Shown: positions 37,864-47,894 of the stretch, piece after piece
Numbering within the stretch: position 1 is the first letter of the stretch
How the letters are laid out: each line of letters opens with the position of its first letter
Source: a virus
Taxonomy: Duplodnaviria > Caudoviricetes
DNA length: 64,000 bases
IMG/VR virus record: IMGVR_UViG_3300025362_000477
Reading direction: 5' to 3' (one strand)
Made by a program: the position numbers and the translations under genes
The notes under the pieces: model-generated
Seen by the model: the letters and a program-made list of their open reading frames with translations, nothing else
What the model was told of the DNA's origin: nothing
The model's database searches: none

Positions 37864-38404
37864 ATAAATTTTCCCTTTTCAATATATGTATGTTATTTGT
37901 TTTCAAATTATAAAATCTAAAATCTTTATATAGATATTGATCATTCTTTAGATATTCCAAAACTTTAAATGCCGCAGATTCAATATAATATGGATTCTTT
38001 GATATAATATAACGATGATAATCTAATGCATCTTGTTTCGACATACTATCGATGTATAACATATAACCATCTAACGATATTCTAATATCAGCATTTATAT
38101 CGGGACTTTTACAATCACGACAATCAATAACAAAACCATTTCCTTCTATTGGACGTTCAATCTTTTCCATGAATACTTCTACTTCCATTGAAGGATTTTC
38201 ATATTTACATTGAAATCTCACTATTTTTATTTTTGGGATGCTACCCTCTTCTTTAAGAAAAGGATATGATGGATTTTCTGTGAACCGACTAACTACATCA
38301 AAATCATATATTTTTAATTGACTAATCAATTTTGATTTTGCTAATGATATAGCTAGTACTGATCCAACAGTTCCACAACCCACAATTAAAGGTTGATCTA
38401 TCAT
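37832..38404 (-). CDS. ThiF/E1-like protein, divergent
   Basis: IVGCGTVG, IYDFDVV, PKIK, VIDCRD; the SNLxR motif is degenerate. Confidence 0.65.
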   Translation of the reverse strand: MIDQPLIVGCGTVGSVLAISLAKSKLISQLKIYDFDVVSRFTENPSYPFLKEEGSIPKIKIVRFQCKYENPSMEVEVFMEKIERPIEGNGFVIDCRDCKSPDINADIRISLDGYMLYIDSMSKQDALDYHRYIISKNPYYIESAAFKVLEYLKNDQYLYKDFRFYNLKTNNIHILKRENLYDKSKKHFEL

Positions 38405-38406
38405 AA

Positions 38407-38784
38407 TTATTGAATTTTAGATGGTCTAAATAAAAATCTATGAACTTTACAATTTTGATCTAAAGTATAATTCTTGTCATTGATTAACAAATAATCACGC
38501 ATCAATAAAAATTGATCTCTCATTTCTTCTATTTTTTCATTATTCAACTCTTTGGTCTTTGCATCTAATAATATTTCCAAACATAAATGCTCTCCTTTAG
38601 GTGCGATTTTAAATAACTTCCTAACTGATAAATCACTATGCGCGGGAATAACCTTTCGAAATCTAAGTCCAGATTCCTTTAATATCTTCGCTACTTCATA
38701 TCCCTTCCTTGCTGCTTGTCGAGAGTCTTCATCTGCATTCATATCGAATTTTAAATTTTTCCTTGATTTTACTACTTCATCCAT
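38407..38784 (-). CDS. Hypothetical protein
   Basis: 125 aa with GGAGG RBS. Confidence 0.6.
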   Translation of the reverse strand: MDEVVKSRKNLKFDMNADEDSRQAARKGYEVAKILKESGLRFRKVIPAHSDLSVRKLFKIAPKGEHLCLEILLDAKTKELNNEKIEEMRDQFLLMRDYLLINDKNYTLDQNCKVHRFLFRPSKIQ

Positions 38785-39281
38785 TATCTTCCTCCTGCTA
38801 GTAATTGTAAATAATCTCTATGAACGAAATCGGCAACGGACATAGCTAAATACCTATAATCCTCTTTCAATTCATTCATTTCTTTATTCATTATATAATT
38901 ATTATCTATATAACATACTTTAGTGATTTTCCTATCAGTGTAACCAATATTGAAAGATCCTTCTAAGATAGATTTTATAAGACCTGCTTTAAAAGCAGCT
39001 TCTTGCTTCACATTTTTAAAGTACCAAAACCATGTTGGACTTGTAATAATTTTCTCTGGATTTAGATGGTGATACCCACAAACAGCCTTAATTAACATTC
39101 TGTCAATTCTAGGTCGTGATGTCAATATACACCATCTAATATCAAACTGCCCAGGATCACAGTGCAGTTGCTTGAAGGATATTTGGAAATTTTTAACAAA
39201 CCCTAACCAATCATCACTCCCAGCAACCGTACCATCAAAATCAAACAGATATAATAAACTAGCTGTTTTCAGAATCATCAT
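38784..39281 (-). CDS. HAD-superfamily phosphatase-like protein
   Basis: LFDFDGT motif I, ILTSRP motif II, K, YIDNN motif IV. Confidence 0.7.
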   Translation of the reverse strand: MMILKTASLLYLFDFDGTVAGSDDWLGFVKNFQISFKQLHCDPGQFDIRWCILTSRPRIDRMLIKAVCGYHHLNPEKIITSPTWFWYFKNVKQEAAFKAGLIKSILEGSFNIGYTDRKITKVCYIDNNYIMNKEMNELKEDYRYLAMSVADFVHRDYLQLLAGGR

Positions 39282-39498
39282 TTTCCTTCTTAATAAGGAT
39301 TTTATGTTTCACCGATAATGTATTATCAGCATATCCAATCGTAGTTTTTCCATCCTTTTGTTCAATTTCCACACCCATAGAATCAATACCTTTTGTTAAG
39401 GTTCCACTACATTCAGGAGTGCCTAGAGTTAACTTAATTTCTGTATCTCTACAAAAACTAGCAACTGTTTTAGCTCCACGTTTTATATATTTTTTCAT
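39259..39498 (-). CDS. Small protein, possible Sm/Hfq-like fold
   Basis: 79 aa; IKLTLG..ECSGTLTKGID..VEI pattern only. Confidence 0.35.
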   Translation of the reverse strand: MKKYIKRGAKTVASFCRDTEIKLTLGTPECSGTLTKGIDSMGVEIEQKDGKTTIGYADNTLSVKHKILIKKENDDSENS

Positions 39499-42107
39499 AT
39501 TTTAAATATCCTATCAGGTTCCATATCTTCAGCTGTATTGTGAGTGATAAGTGTGACATTTTTATCTCTAGATATTAATTTTGATAGTTGACAAAATATC
39601 TGTCTATTATCTGCATCTAAAGAATCCAATACTTCATCATAAAATAGATTATGTATTCTCTTATTATATAATCTCTCTGTTAATGATCTTAATGCTTCCA
39701 TACATGCCAAATCAACCATTCTCTTTTCACCACCGGAAAGCATCTTGTGACTATCTGTTCCTTTAATATTATGTAAAACTTTAACTTTAAACTTATCTCG
39801 AATATCCCCACTCTTAGTCTCACTGAGAGTATCAAATGAAACCGTGAATATACCAGGTGCAATTTTCTCTAAAGCTTCTGCCACTGATTCATTCATATGA
39901 GGAATTGCCATATCTATCAACATACTCTTAATTCCAGTATCTGAAAATGACTTTTTCCAAAATAATAAGATTTCTAGTTCCCTTTCGATCAAACCCCTTT
40001 TCGCTATTTCATCTATATGTTTTTGTTCAATAAGTAGTTTCTCAGATTTCTCCACTTCAATTCGAGTATCATCAATATCTTCTTCATTTTCAATGTTGAT
40101 TATATTCGTTTTGACATTATCTAATTCGTACCCCTTACCATTTTTTGAATCAACTAAGATATCATATTGAATTTTTGCATCTGATTCGATCTTAATTTGA
40201 GATTCAACTACACTGAATCTAGCAGAATCGACTTCAGATTTAGATTTTGAAGAATTAGTAATATCAGTCTGAAGTTGTATATACTTTTTATTATGTTCGG
40301 ATTGTTTATTTTGTCTTTCTAAATCAAACCTATTAGCTATTTCAGTTTCATCTATATCACATTTAGATTGAATGTCAGCTGATCTAGTATCAATATCAAG
40401 CTGCCTAGTTCTATAAACTTCAGTCTCGTTATCCATATTAGATTTGAGTTCATTAATCTTAACTTCACTGATCCTTCTATATTCAACAATCTCGTTATTA
40501 AGTAATTCGAGTTTTCTCTGAAATTCTTCAGCTCTCTTATTTTTCTTAATTTTGACATCATTAATTTTATCATCATAATCAGATCGGGCTTTATCCTTCA
40601 CCTCAGTACATTCTTTAAATTCAGCTTTCAGAACAACCATCTTATCTTCAATAGACTTAAATTGAACATTAAGGTCTATTATGATAGCTTTACCTTTAGA
40701 TATATCTTTCTTAATGATCTCAATATCTTCATCACTTGTAAATGGTCTCAAACATTTACTACATGTTGGAGATTCACCTAATAAAGATTCTTCATCTTTT
40801 GTCACTGATAACTGTTTTTCATCAATGTTAGTTTTTATAGATGCAGCATCACTTTTTAATTCAGATGCATTATCTCTTAGATCCTGAGCATTCTTCTCAA
40901 TGATGCCAAGTCTAGTCTCTTTCTCATGCTCAAGTGTAGATGTTGAAAATTCAACTTCTAATTGATTGATAGAGAAATTAACTTGTTGTATCTCTTTCTG
41001 TTTCTCTCTTTCAAAGTCAGAACAATCTTTGGTTATTGGAGTAGTATCATATTTTTTTGATATCTCCGAAATCTTCAAATAATTATCAGCCTTGTCATTT
41101 CTGAGCTTTTCTAATTTAACTTCACATGAATCTTTGACTACCTGTATCTCTTCTCGGCATCTATTAATAAAGTCATTATTTATTACTACTATCTCAGCCG
41201 ACTTTTTATTATCTGATTTATCCAAATCATCAAATAATGTTTTAGAGACCTGATCTAATTTTTGCCGCAATATAATAATTTCAGTTTTCAATTGATCTAA
41301 TTTGTTGGAATCAAATCCCATTTCATTAATCTGAATGGCAATCAATTGTATTTCATTTTCTAATCGTGTTTTAGTTAGTTTATGACTATCTAAACTATCT
41401 TGTTTCTTCTTCTCAGCTAATTCTTTATCAGATATTAATCGTTCAATACTTTGAGATTTCCATTCAATTTCTTGCTTAATTTTATCAATAGAAATAGTCA
41501 CATCTTGAATATCTTTCTTCAATACACCTTCTACTTCAAAAGCATTCTTATAATAAGTATTGTACACCTTAGTCTGTAATACTGAATCAAAAATCTCTTT
41601 CTGTTGAGTATTAGTCAGGGAGGTGAAGAAGTTCTTAACTTGTTGGCTAAAGTTAATCACGTTATGATAAATGTCTTTTGGATAAAGAATCTTTTCAATT
41701 AATTTATATGTGTCAGCTTTTGTTTTCCCGGTTATCGGAATATCATTCTTGAATAAGAAGAATTGATTATGAAATTTCTTATGTTCATAATACAGTTCAG
41801 TTCTATATTCATCAGTGGTATTGGTATCTGAATCAACTACTCGGAAATAAGTTTTAATCTCTAAATCTTTTCCCGTCTTTCGATTTACCATATCTGCAAT
41901 TGTAATTTTATCACCAGGAGGAGCACCATCATCCCCATATAACCCCATCGAAACGGCTTTTGGGATAGTAGATTTTCCTGCTCCATTCTTACCTTGGATC
42001 ACAGTAAAACTATCTATCGGGAAGTCCATTTCCATTTCATAATGGCAACGACAATTCTTCATCGTGATATTGTATATATAAATATCTTGCATTTTATATC
42101 CTCTCAA
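39495..42107 (-). CDS. sbcC: SbcC/Rad50 (T4 gp46-like) ATPase
   Basis: GKNGAGKS, Q-loop, coiled coil with CSKC zinc hook, LSGGE, YDEVLDSLD, ITHN. Confidence 0.92.
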   Translation of the reverse strand: MRGYKMQDIYIYNITMKNCRCHYEMEMDFPIDSFTVIQGKNGAGKSTIPKAVSMGLYGDDGAPPGDKITIADMVNRKTGKDLEIKTYFRVVDSDTNTTDEYRTELYYEHKKFHNQFFLFKNDIPITGKTKADTYKLIEKILYPKDIYHNVINFSQQVKNFFTSLTNTQQKEIFDSVLQTKVYNTYYKNAFEVEGVLKKDIQDVTISIDKIKQEIEWKSQSIERLISDKELAEKKKQDSLDSHKLTKTRLENEIQLIAIQINEMGFDSNKLDQLKTEIIILRQKLDQVSKTLFDDLDKSDNKKSAEIVVINNDFINRCREEIQVVKDSCEVKLEKLRNDKADNYLKISEISKKYDTTPITKDCSDFEREKQKEIQQVNFSINQLEVEFSTSTLEHEKETRLGIIEKNAQDLRDNASELKSDAASIKTNIDEKQLSVTKDEESLLGESPTCSKCLRPFTSDEDIEIIKKDISKGKAIIIDLNVQFKSIEDKMVVLKAEFKECTEVKDKARSDYDDKINDVKIKKNKRAEEFQRKLELLNNEIVEYRRISEVKINELKSNMDNETEVYRTRQLDIDTRSADIQSKCDIDETEIANRFDLERQNKQSEHNKKYIQLQTDITNSSKSKSEVDSARFSVVESQIKIESDAKIQYDILVDSKNGKGYELDNVKTNIINIENEEDIDDTRIEVEKSEKLLIEQKHIDEIAKRGLIERELEILLFWKKSFSDTGIKSMLIDMAIPHMNESVAEALEKIAPGIFTVSFDTLSETKSGDIRDKFKVKVLHNIKGTDSHKMLSGGEKRMVDLACMEALRSLTERLYNKRIHNLFYDEVLDSLDADNRQIFCQLSKLISRDKNVTLITHNTAEDMEPDRIFKI

Positions 42108-42508
42108 TCAACTAGTTTACACTCAAATTCATACCCATCATCATCAACATAAGTAATCTTCAATTTTTCAACAACACCTATATTTTTACCATGACCATCA
42201 ATAATATCATTAGGAATCAATCGAATAACATCATCTCTTAAAGTCAGTCCATTTGTAGGTTCCCAATATCTTCGAGCAACAACCTCATCTATAAAATCTC
42301 CCAGATTTGTCGAACCACATGTCAACTCTTCTATATTAGATATAAAGTTAAGGAATCCTTCAGGATAGTATTCATCTCCATCACGCTGGATAGAAGCTTT
42401 CCATTCGAAATAATATTCTCTATAACCATGATACCCAGAAAGTATTATAAAATAAGAATCTCGGGATCTTTCAATAACCCTTTCTCTTGTGATGCTAATC
42501 TTTTTCAT
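42104..42508 (-). CDS. Hypothetical protein between sbcD and sbcC
   Basis: 134 aa, ATGA-coupled. Confidence 0.6.
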   Translation of the reverse strand: MKKISITRERVIERSRDSYFIILSGYHGYREYYFEWKASIQRDGDEYYPEGFLNFISNIEELTCGSTNLGDFIDEVVARRYWEPTNGLTLRDDVIRLIPNDIIDGHGKNIGVVEKLKITYVDDDGYEFECKLVD

Positions 42509-43539
42509 TCAGTAACCCCCTTAGTAAGAATATCATATTTAGCCAGAAAGTCTAAATACTCAACACGATTTTCTTCTGGAATTTCTTTGATTTCCATATA
42601 CTTCTTTAATTGCTCCTCTCGAGTCTGAGTGATTTCAATACCTCGATTGGTAATATCAATCTCAACTGTCTCAACAACAAGTACCCCATCAGAAACTTCA
42701 TCTTTCAATTTCACACCAGACTTATTCTTGATCCGAACTAGATGTCCCTTATTTCTGGCAATTTCAGCCTTCTGTAGAATATCAGCTTTCTGTTCTATGG
42801 TTTCAATAGTATATTCTTTAAATTCTCGGAATCCAGTAATTGGAATCTGCTCAACCTCTAAAGTTTCAGTATCATAGATAAGAAACATCTTATGTTCATT
42901 TTTATCTCCCCAATCTCGATGATATATACTTCCAGCATAATAAATTCTCACATTATCATTTTTTAAATATTGAGGTGAATGATAATGCCCCAGAAGAGCA
43001 AGTTTGAATTTTTTCGATATATCATTCATTGTTATTTTATCAACACCACTCAATCCGGAAGCTAAATGAGCTTCATTCAATCCTAGATGAGAAATCAATA
43101 TATCAGTCGGTTCACAATCAATAATCTCATCCATAAAATTTTTAGTATGTGGGATATAAGTAATATTCCCAATAACCAATGGGCGATATGGAATACATTG
43201 CACATTTGGATATGCATCAAAAACAGAAATCGCGCTCTTCTGATTTTCTCCAACTGATGAATTATCATGATTTCCCGATATTATAGTAAAATTGATATCT
43301 GCATGTCTAATTAAAAATTCAGAAAATTGATTTTGTGCTACTGTATAAATAATAGACTTATCATTAATCAAATCACCCAAAATATCAATATCAATTATAT
43401 GTCTTTTCCGACATTCGCTAATTATAAATTCAAGGGTTTTCATGATCAGCCCCAACCGAATAGGTAAATTCAAATCATCTAACAAATCCGATTCAAATCC
43501 ACTAAGGTGGATATCACCCACTGCAGCTCTCTTTTTCAT
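42505..43539 (-). CDS. sbcD: SbcD/Mre11 (T4 gp47-like) nuclease
   Basis: GDIH, GD, GNHD, SH, GHYH phosphoesterase motifs. Confidence 0.92.
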   Translation of the reverse strand: MKKRAAVGDIHLSGFESDLLDDLNLPIRLGLIMKTLEFIISECRKRHIIDIDILGDLINDKSIIYTVAQNQFSEFLIRHADINFTIISGNHDNSSVGENQKSAISVFDAYPNVQCIPYRPLVIGNITYIPHTKNFMDEIIDCEPTDILISHLGLNEAHLASGLSGVDKITMNDISKKFKLALLGHYHSPQYLKNDNVRIYYAGSIYHRDWGDKNEHKMFLIYDTETLEVEQIPITGFREFKEYTIETIEQKADILQKAEIARNKGHLVRIKNKSGVKLKDEVSDGVLVVETVEIDITNRGIEITQTREEQLKKYMEIKEIPEENRVEYLDFLAKYDILTKGVTE

Positions 43540-43598
43540 TAAGTTATTCCTTTTTGTGACGAATGAAATAAATATAATTAGAATTAAATCCTATCCCA

Positions 43599-43635
43599 CC
43601 ATACACCAAAACCTAATATTAGATCTGGTGTATGG
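43599..43635. repeat. Hairpin at the end of the Ubl operon
   Basis: CCATACACCA...TGGTGTATGG enclosing the palindrome CTAATATTAG. Confidence 0.65.
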
Positions 43636-43648
43636 ATTACGGATAAAT

Positions 43649-44599
43649 TTATTCCTCTTCTACTTCTATTTCTTTTTGTTTTCTCGATTCAAGTTTTTCA
43701 ACAACTTCTTCTTGGTCACATGATTCTAATTCACCTATATCAAAAATCTCCTCTACATCATCATCTGTAAGAATCATATTACATGAATCACATGCATAGG
43801 GGAATGTATCAATAATATTAGCTCCACCACAATGACGGCAAAGGAATATTCTATCTTCATCATCTTCTCGATCAAACCCAAAAGAATCTTGGGTGACATC
43901 TCGATCTTCAAAAGTTAGAATCCCATCTTCATCTCTGTCTCCTTCTGTGAGAAGTTTACCAAGACGATAATCTTTAGCTGTTGAAGAACTTCCACCCATA
44001 CTCTTTTTCTTAATCTTCATTAAGATAGTATCTGCATCTTCAATATTAAATACCGGATATTGAACATTGATAGTGAGAGGTAATTGAATTCTGATATCAC
44101 CGCAAGTAACGTTAATAATACCTAATATGATATTATTCCCTTCATACAAAATAGAAAATTCAAAATTTCTATTTATATGCATTGCATCAACACCACTGAA
44201 TTGTCTACATCCAGTTGGATGTCGATGTACTACTCCATTATAATCATCACCTGGAGGATCTTCCTCAAAATCAATTGCTCCTCCAGATACTTTCTGTTGA
44301 GGGATAAAATGTGAATCCGGATCTACATTTAATACTCCTCCCTCAAATTTCCCCTTTAGAAAAACACCAAACTCCAATCCACTCATTCCTTGTAATGCCA
44401 TATGTCGTTCAATGCTTCTCATAAAGATAACAATTCTCTGTGGCACATTACATACAATAGGAAGAGTAATTGGAACTAATGAATCTAAAGTCCAATGATC
44501 ACTCCCAGTAGTTGAAGAACTTTGAAGTGATTCTTCAGACACATCTTTCAGTTCAACATCTCCATCATCATCTACGTCAAAACCTAATTCTTTTATCAT
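43649..44599 (-). CDS. JAB/JAMM metalloprotease with C-terminal zinc ribbon
   Basis: LEFG...HRHPTGCRQFSGVD matches E...HxHx7Sx2D; CRHC...CDSC. Confidence 0.82.
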   Translation of the reverse strand: MIKELGFDVDDDGDVELKDVSEESLQSSSTTGSDHWTLDSLVPITLPIVCNVPQRIVIFMRSIERHMALQGMSGLEFGVFLKGKFEGGVLNVDPDSHFIPQQKVSGGAIDFEEDPPGDDYNGVVHRHPTGCRQFSGVDAMHINRNFEFSILYEGNNIILGIINVTCGDIRIQLPLTINVQYPVFNIEDADTILMKIKKKSMGGSSSTAKDYRLGKLLTEGDRDEDGILTFEDRDVTQDSFGFDREDDEDRIFLCRHCGGANIIDTFPYACDSCNMILTDDDVEEIFDIGELESCDQEEVVEKLESRKQKEIEVEEE

Positions 44600-45357
44600 T
44601 CGGATGCATTCCCTTCTAAATATTCTCGGTACAATGTAGCCACTATATCTCGAGTGTCTACTGTGAATGTTTTATTAATTCGACCTCTTAGATCGAAAGA
44701 TTCAATATTAGATATGTTATCCATACCAGGACGATTAAAATCCTCATCTAAGTCCTTCATAGCAACTGCATCAGTAACAACAATAGATGCAATCATTTGA
44801 GATGGTGCTATGAAAGAAGGAGTAAATGTGTAATTATTCGCTTCCCCCCACACAGCAGTATGTCTCGGATTCCCATCAATAGTCACTGATAAGCCATCAT
44901 AACCTACTTTATAATATTTACAATTAAACTGGTATAAATCTTCGTATACATCATCTCGACAATCTATGATTAACAGTTCATCTATTATCTCACCAATAGC
45001 ATGTCTATCAAAATTAATATCATTTTCTATACGAGATTTCATCATAGCTATTTGATTAGTACAAGTCTTATCTTTATATGTTATAACATCTACATTAGCC
45101 CTTCGTTCAAGAATCAGATATTTCAAAGCATCAACCTTTGGAAATCCAACATCACATAATCTGAATGGAGTCCTGTTAAGATTACTACTTTCTACTGAAT
45201 CTGGATCTATTAAATGAATTGTCTTAACTGTCCCACTCAATGCGAGATCTAAAGCAACCCAACTACCAATACCACCAACTCCAGCAATAACAGCATGTTG
45301 ATATGAATGAGTTCTAATATCTTCTTGCCGATTTTGAATTTCTGAATTTAAATTCAT
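44596..45357 (-). CDS. ThiF/E1-like adenylyltransferase
   Basis: IAGVGGIG, LIDPDSVESSNLNR, PKVDAL, IIDCRDD. Confidence 0.88.
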   Translation of the reverse strand: MNLNSEIQNRQEDIRTHSYQHAVIAGVGGIGSWVALDLALSGTVKTIHLIDPDSVESSNLNRTPFRLCDVGFPKVDALKYLILERRANVDVITYKDKTCTNQIAMMKSRIENDINFDRHAIGEIIDELLIIDCRDDVYEDLYQFNCKYYKVGYDGLSVTIDGNPRHTAVWGEANNYTFTPSFIAPSQMIASIVVTDAVAMKDLDEDFNRPGMDNISNIESFDLRGRINKTFTVDTRDIVATLYREYLEGNASE

Positions 45358-47222
45358 TGTGTACCTCCAACTAAGTTAGTATCCCCTAACGAAAATGTCA
45401 TAGGAGCATATACTGGTGGTGGCGGAGGTGGAGTAAACACTAACTGCCGCTGTTCACCATTTTCATTAATTGTACTCAGATCATTAATTGATACTGATTC
45501 ATCCAATTCATATACAGAATCACCAAGAATAGCATCATCTTCCATATCATTAACCATATCATCAACAATATCATTCATTGAATAATTATCTCCTCTTAAT
45601 GGTTCCGTATTATTATGTGATGGGGATGTTTGAATCTCAGCTATGCTATCTCCATTATTATCATTTATTGTCACTATTCCCATTAGTTCGTTAACTTCTT
45701 CATCACTAATCTCTTCATCTTCATCATCATCTTCATCATCTCCAAGTTCTCTAATACTAGATGCATCACGGACTCGTTCAGCAATAGTTCGATCGTCAGT
45801 AGAAAATAATGACTCTTGGATTTCCGAAACGTCAAGTAAATGATCTCTTTTTTCGTTATGATAAGATGAATCATAATTGATCATGTCAAGCAACTCTTCT
45901 ACTCTAACTAATGATTCACCAAAATCAATATCAGCCTTTGTGAAATCAACAGATAGATTTCCCATACATACATCACTACCACTAACATTAGGATGGTCAC
46001 CCGTTGCTCTCATTTCCCCCTCTTGATTGATATATAATTTAGTTACGAGATAAGTTCTTTCTAATTCAGGAATTAGATATCTCTGATTCTTCCATACTAA
46101 ACTATCTGGTCTTATCTCAACTTCTTTACTCCACCACATTGAACTATCATCCCTACCATCGGCAAAACTAGGATCGCATGGCTCCCATCCAAACATTTCA
46201 AATTTTAAACCTATACGCATCCCTTTTGCGAATCCTCGTTTGAAAACATTTTTTTCTCGTTTACGTCTACTCGATATGAACGTAGATAAGATTCTGGAAT
46301 ATGAGTACTGATCATCAATACCAAATACAGTACCCTTAAATGCTGATTTTATTGATTCATCAATATATGAATCTACTCTAGCTTTAAATTCATCTAAGTC
46401 AGCATTCTCAGATGCATATCTATAAAATTGTCGATTATAACTATTATTATTAATCATTCGATTCATAGCTGATTGTTTTAATCGACCCCCTAGATCATTC
46501 TGGACTTCTCGTATATTCATATTAATAAATTGATCTAAAAATTTATGAAAACACATCAACAAATTTCTGAAACATTTTTTTACATCTTGATCATTATTCT
46601 GATTTAATATTTTTATTACTGCCTGCATCCTAAACATTAAAATTCCATTTGTTGTTGATACACCCAATAGGTAATTCTTATCGGAATAATAATAAAATTC
46701 ATTTATGCTATCTAAAATATTTGTCCGGTTTGATATACTCTCTTCTATCAATTTACGAACATCATTAAAATTTAACATATAGCCTTTAGCAGTTATCTTT
46801 CTTAAAACATTAATTCCATATTTTTTAGAAGCTATTCCATCAGTCCAATTTTTATTATATGAATTTGTCCAAAAATTTTCACTAGTATATTGACTATCTC
46901 GACTGCTATATAAACTATTATTAGATAAATTTCGAGGTGTGAAATCTGTAAATCGGATTGAAGAATAATGCCGTTCTTCATTGTTATCAACTAATGCTGA
47001 ATTAGTACCATTTCCTGAATCTGAAAATATTAATTTAGCTATCGGATTTATGGCTCCGTTACTGCTCATCTTATCAAAAGATATATTTGATTTCAAATCT
47101 TCAATTACTGGGTTTTCATCAAATATTTCTTTTAGTAATCTAATTAATCTATTCTGTGATTCAAATGATAATTTAGGGATTAATGAACATTGTGTAATAC
47201 GAAATCTATTTCTGTTAGACAT
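45354..47222 (-). CDS. Large protein with E2 (UBC)-like domain and acidic/poly-Pro tail
   Basis: GDHPNVSGSDVCMG (HPN plus Cys) near residue 420; D/E-rich tail with PPPPPP. Confidence 0.6.
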   Translation of the reverse strand: MSNRNRFRITQCSLIPKLSFESQNRLIRLLKEIFDENPVIEDLKSNISFDKMSSNGAINPIAKLIFSDSGNGTNSALVDNNEERHYSSIRFTDFTPRNLSNNSLYSSRDSQYTSENFWTNSYNKNWTDGIASKKYGINVLRKITAKGYMLNFNDVRKLIEESISNRTNILDSINEFYYYSDKNYLLGVSTTNGILMFRMQAVIKILNQNNDQDVKKCFRNLLMCFHKFLDQFINMNIREVQNDLGGRLKQSAMNRMINNNSYNRQFYRYASENADLDEFKARVDSYIDESIKSAFKGTVFGIDDQYSYSRILSTFISSRRKREKNVFKRGFAKGMRIGLKFEMFGWEPCDPSFADGRDDSSMWWSKEVEIRPDSLVWKNQRYLIPELERTYLVTKLYINQEGEMRATGDHPNVSGSDVCMGNLSVDFTKADIDFGESLVRVEELLDMINYDSSYHNEKRDHLLDVSEIQESLFSTDDRTIAERVRDASSIRELGDDEDDDEDEEISDEEVNELMGIVTINDNNGDSIAEIQTSPSHNNTEPLRGDNYSMNDIVDDMVNDMEDDAILGDSVYELDESVSINDLSTINENGEQRQLVFTPPPPPPVYAPMTFSLGDTNLVGGTQ

Positions 47223-47247
47223 TACAACTCCAATTTAGTTTTAGGAA

Positions 47248-47280
47248 AATAGGGTGATAACGATATGCTATCACCCTATT
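47248..47280. repeat. 12-bp hairpin between the Ubl and E2-like genes
   Basis: AATAGGGTGATA...TATCACCCTATT. Confidence 0.7.
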
Positions 47281-47284
47281 GTAA

Positions 47285-47893
47285 TTAGGCAGCTTTGTTA
47301 TGCTTACGAATACTCAGAAACATCAGATGACCATCTTTAATCTCGACGTCTTTATCATTCGTTACTTTCTTATTCATTTTGATGTCATTCACTGTGAATG
47401 TTGTCATCTTATTATCAACTGCATATTTACGAATACATTTGATTACATCCTGTGATGTTTTAACCACATATTTCGGAGAGCCATTAATAACCATTAACTG
47501 CTCATCATTCTCAATGCGGATCTTACGACCATCAGGAGTTGTTACTTTCTTCATTGCCTTTTTCTTATGGCGAATATTAGAAACCCGATATCCAGCCATC
47601 TCTTTTTTAGATGCCTCTGGAAGTTCTCCCTTAGGTTTCTCGCCCTCGACAATAGTTGTCTTTGATTTATCATCTGCTTTCTTAACAGCTGTTTTGGCTT
47701 CACCCTTTGAATATAATGGGAATCTGCCAGATGAATTAACAATAACACTACCCGCTTTAACTGCTTCAGTTAGATCACTCATGATCTGTGCAGCTTTAGT
47801 ATATCCAATTGATTTAGCAAGTGCTGTTGCGCTCATACCATCTTTCTTTACGCCAGCTATGATCTTTTCCAACAATGTTTTCTTTGATGCCAT
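47285..47893 (-). CDS. Winged-helix plus candidate ubiquitin-like (beta-grasp) fusion ending HNKAA
   Basis: N-terminal wHTH pattern, K-rich linker, about 75 aa C-terminal beta-alpha-beta domain; heads the E2-E1-JAB operon. Confidence 0.5.
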   Translation of the reverse strand: MASKKTLLEKIIAGVKKDGMSATALAKSIGYTKAAQIMSDLTEAVKAGSVIVNSSGRFPLYSKGEAKTAVKKADDKSKTTIVEGEKPKGELPEASKKEMAGYRVSNIRHKKKAMKKVTTPDGRKIRIENDEQLMVINGSPKYVVKTSQDVIKCIRKYAVDNKMTTFTVNDIKMNKKVTNDKDVEIKDGHLMFLSIRKHNKAA

Positions 47894-47894
47894 T

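Noticed and set aside
43649-45357. ThiF/JAB as a thiamine or molybdopterin sulfur-relay operon
   Set aside because: No ThiS/MoaD with a Gly-Gly end and no ThiG/MoaE; an E2-like HPN..C protein is present instead.
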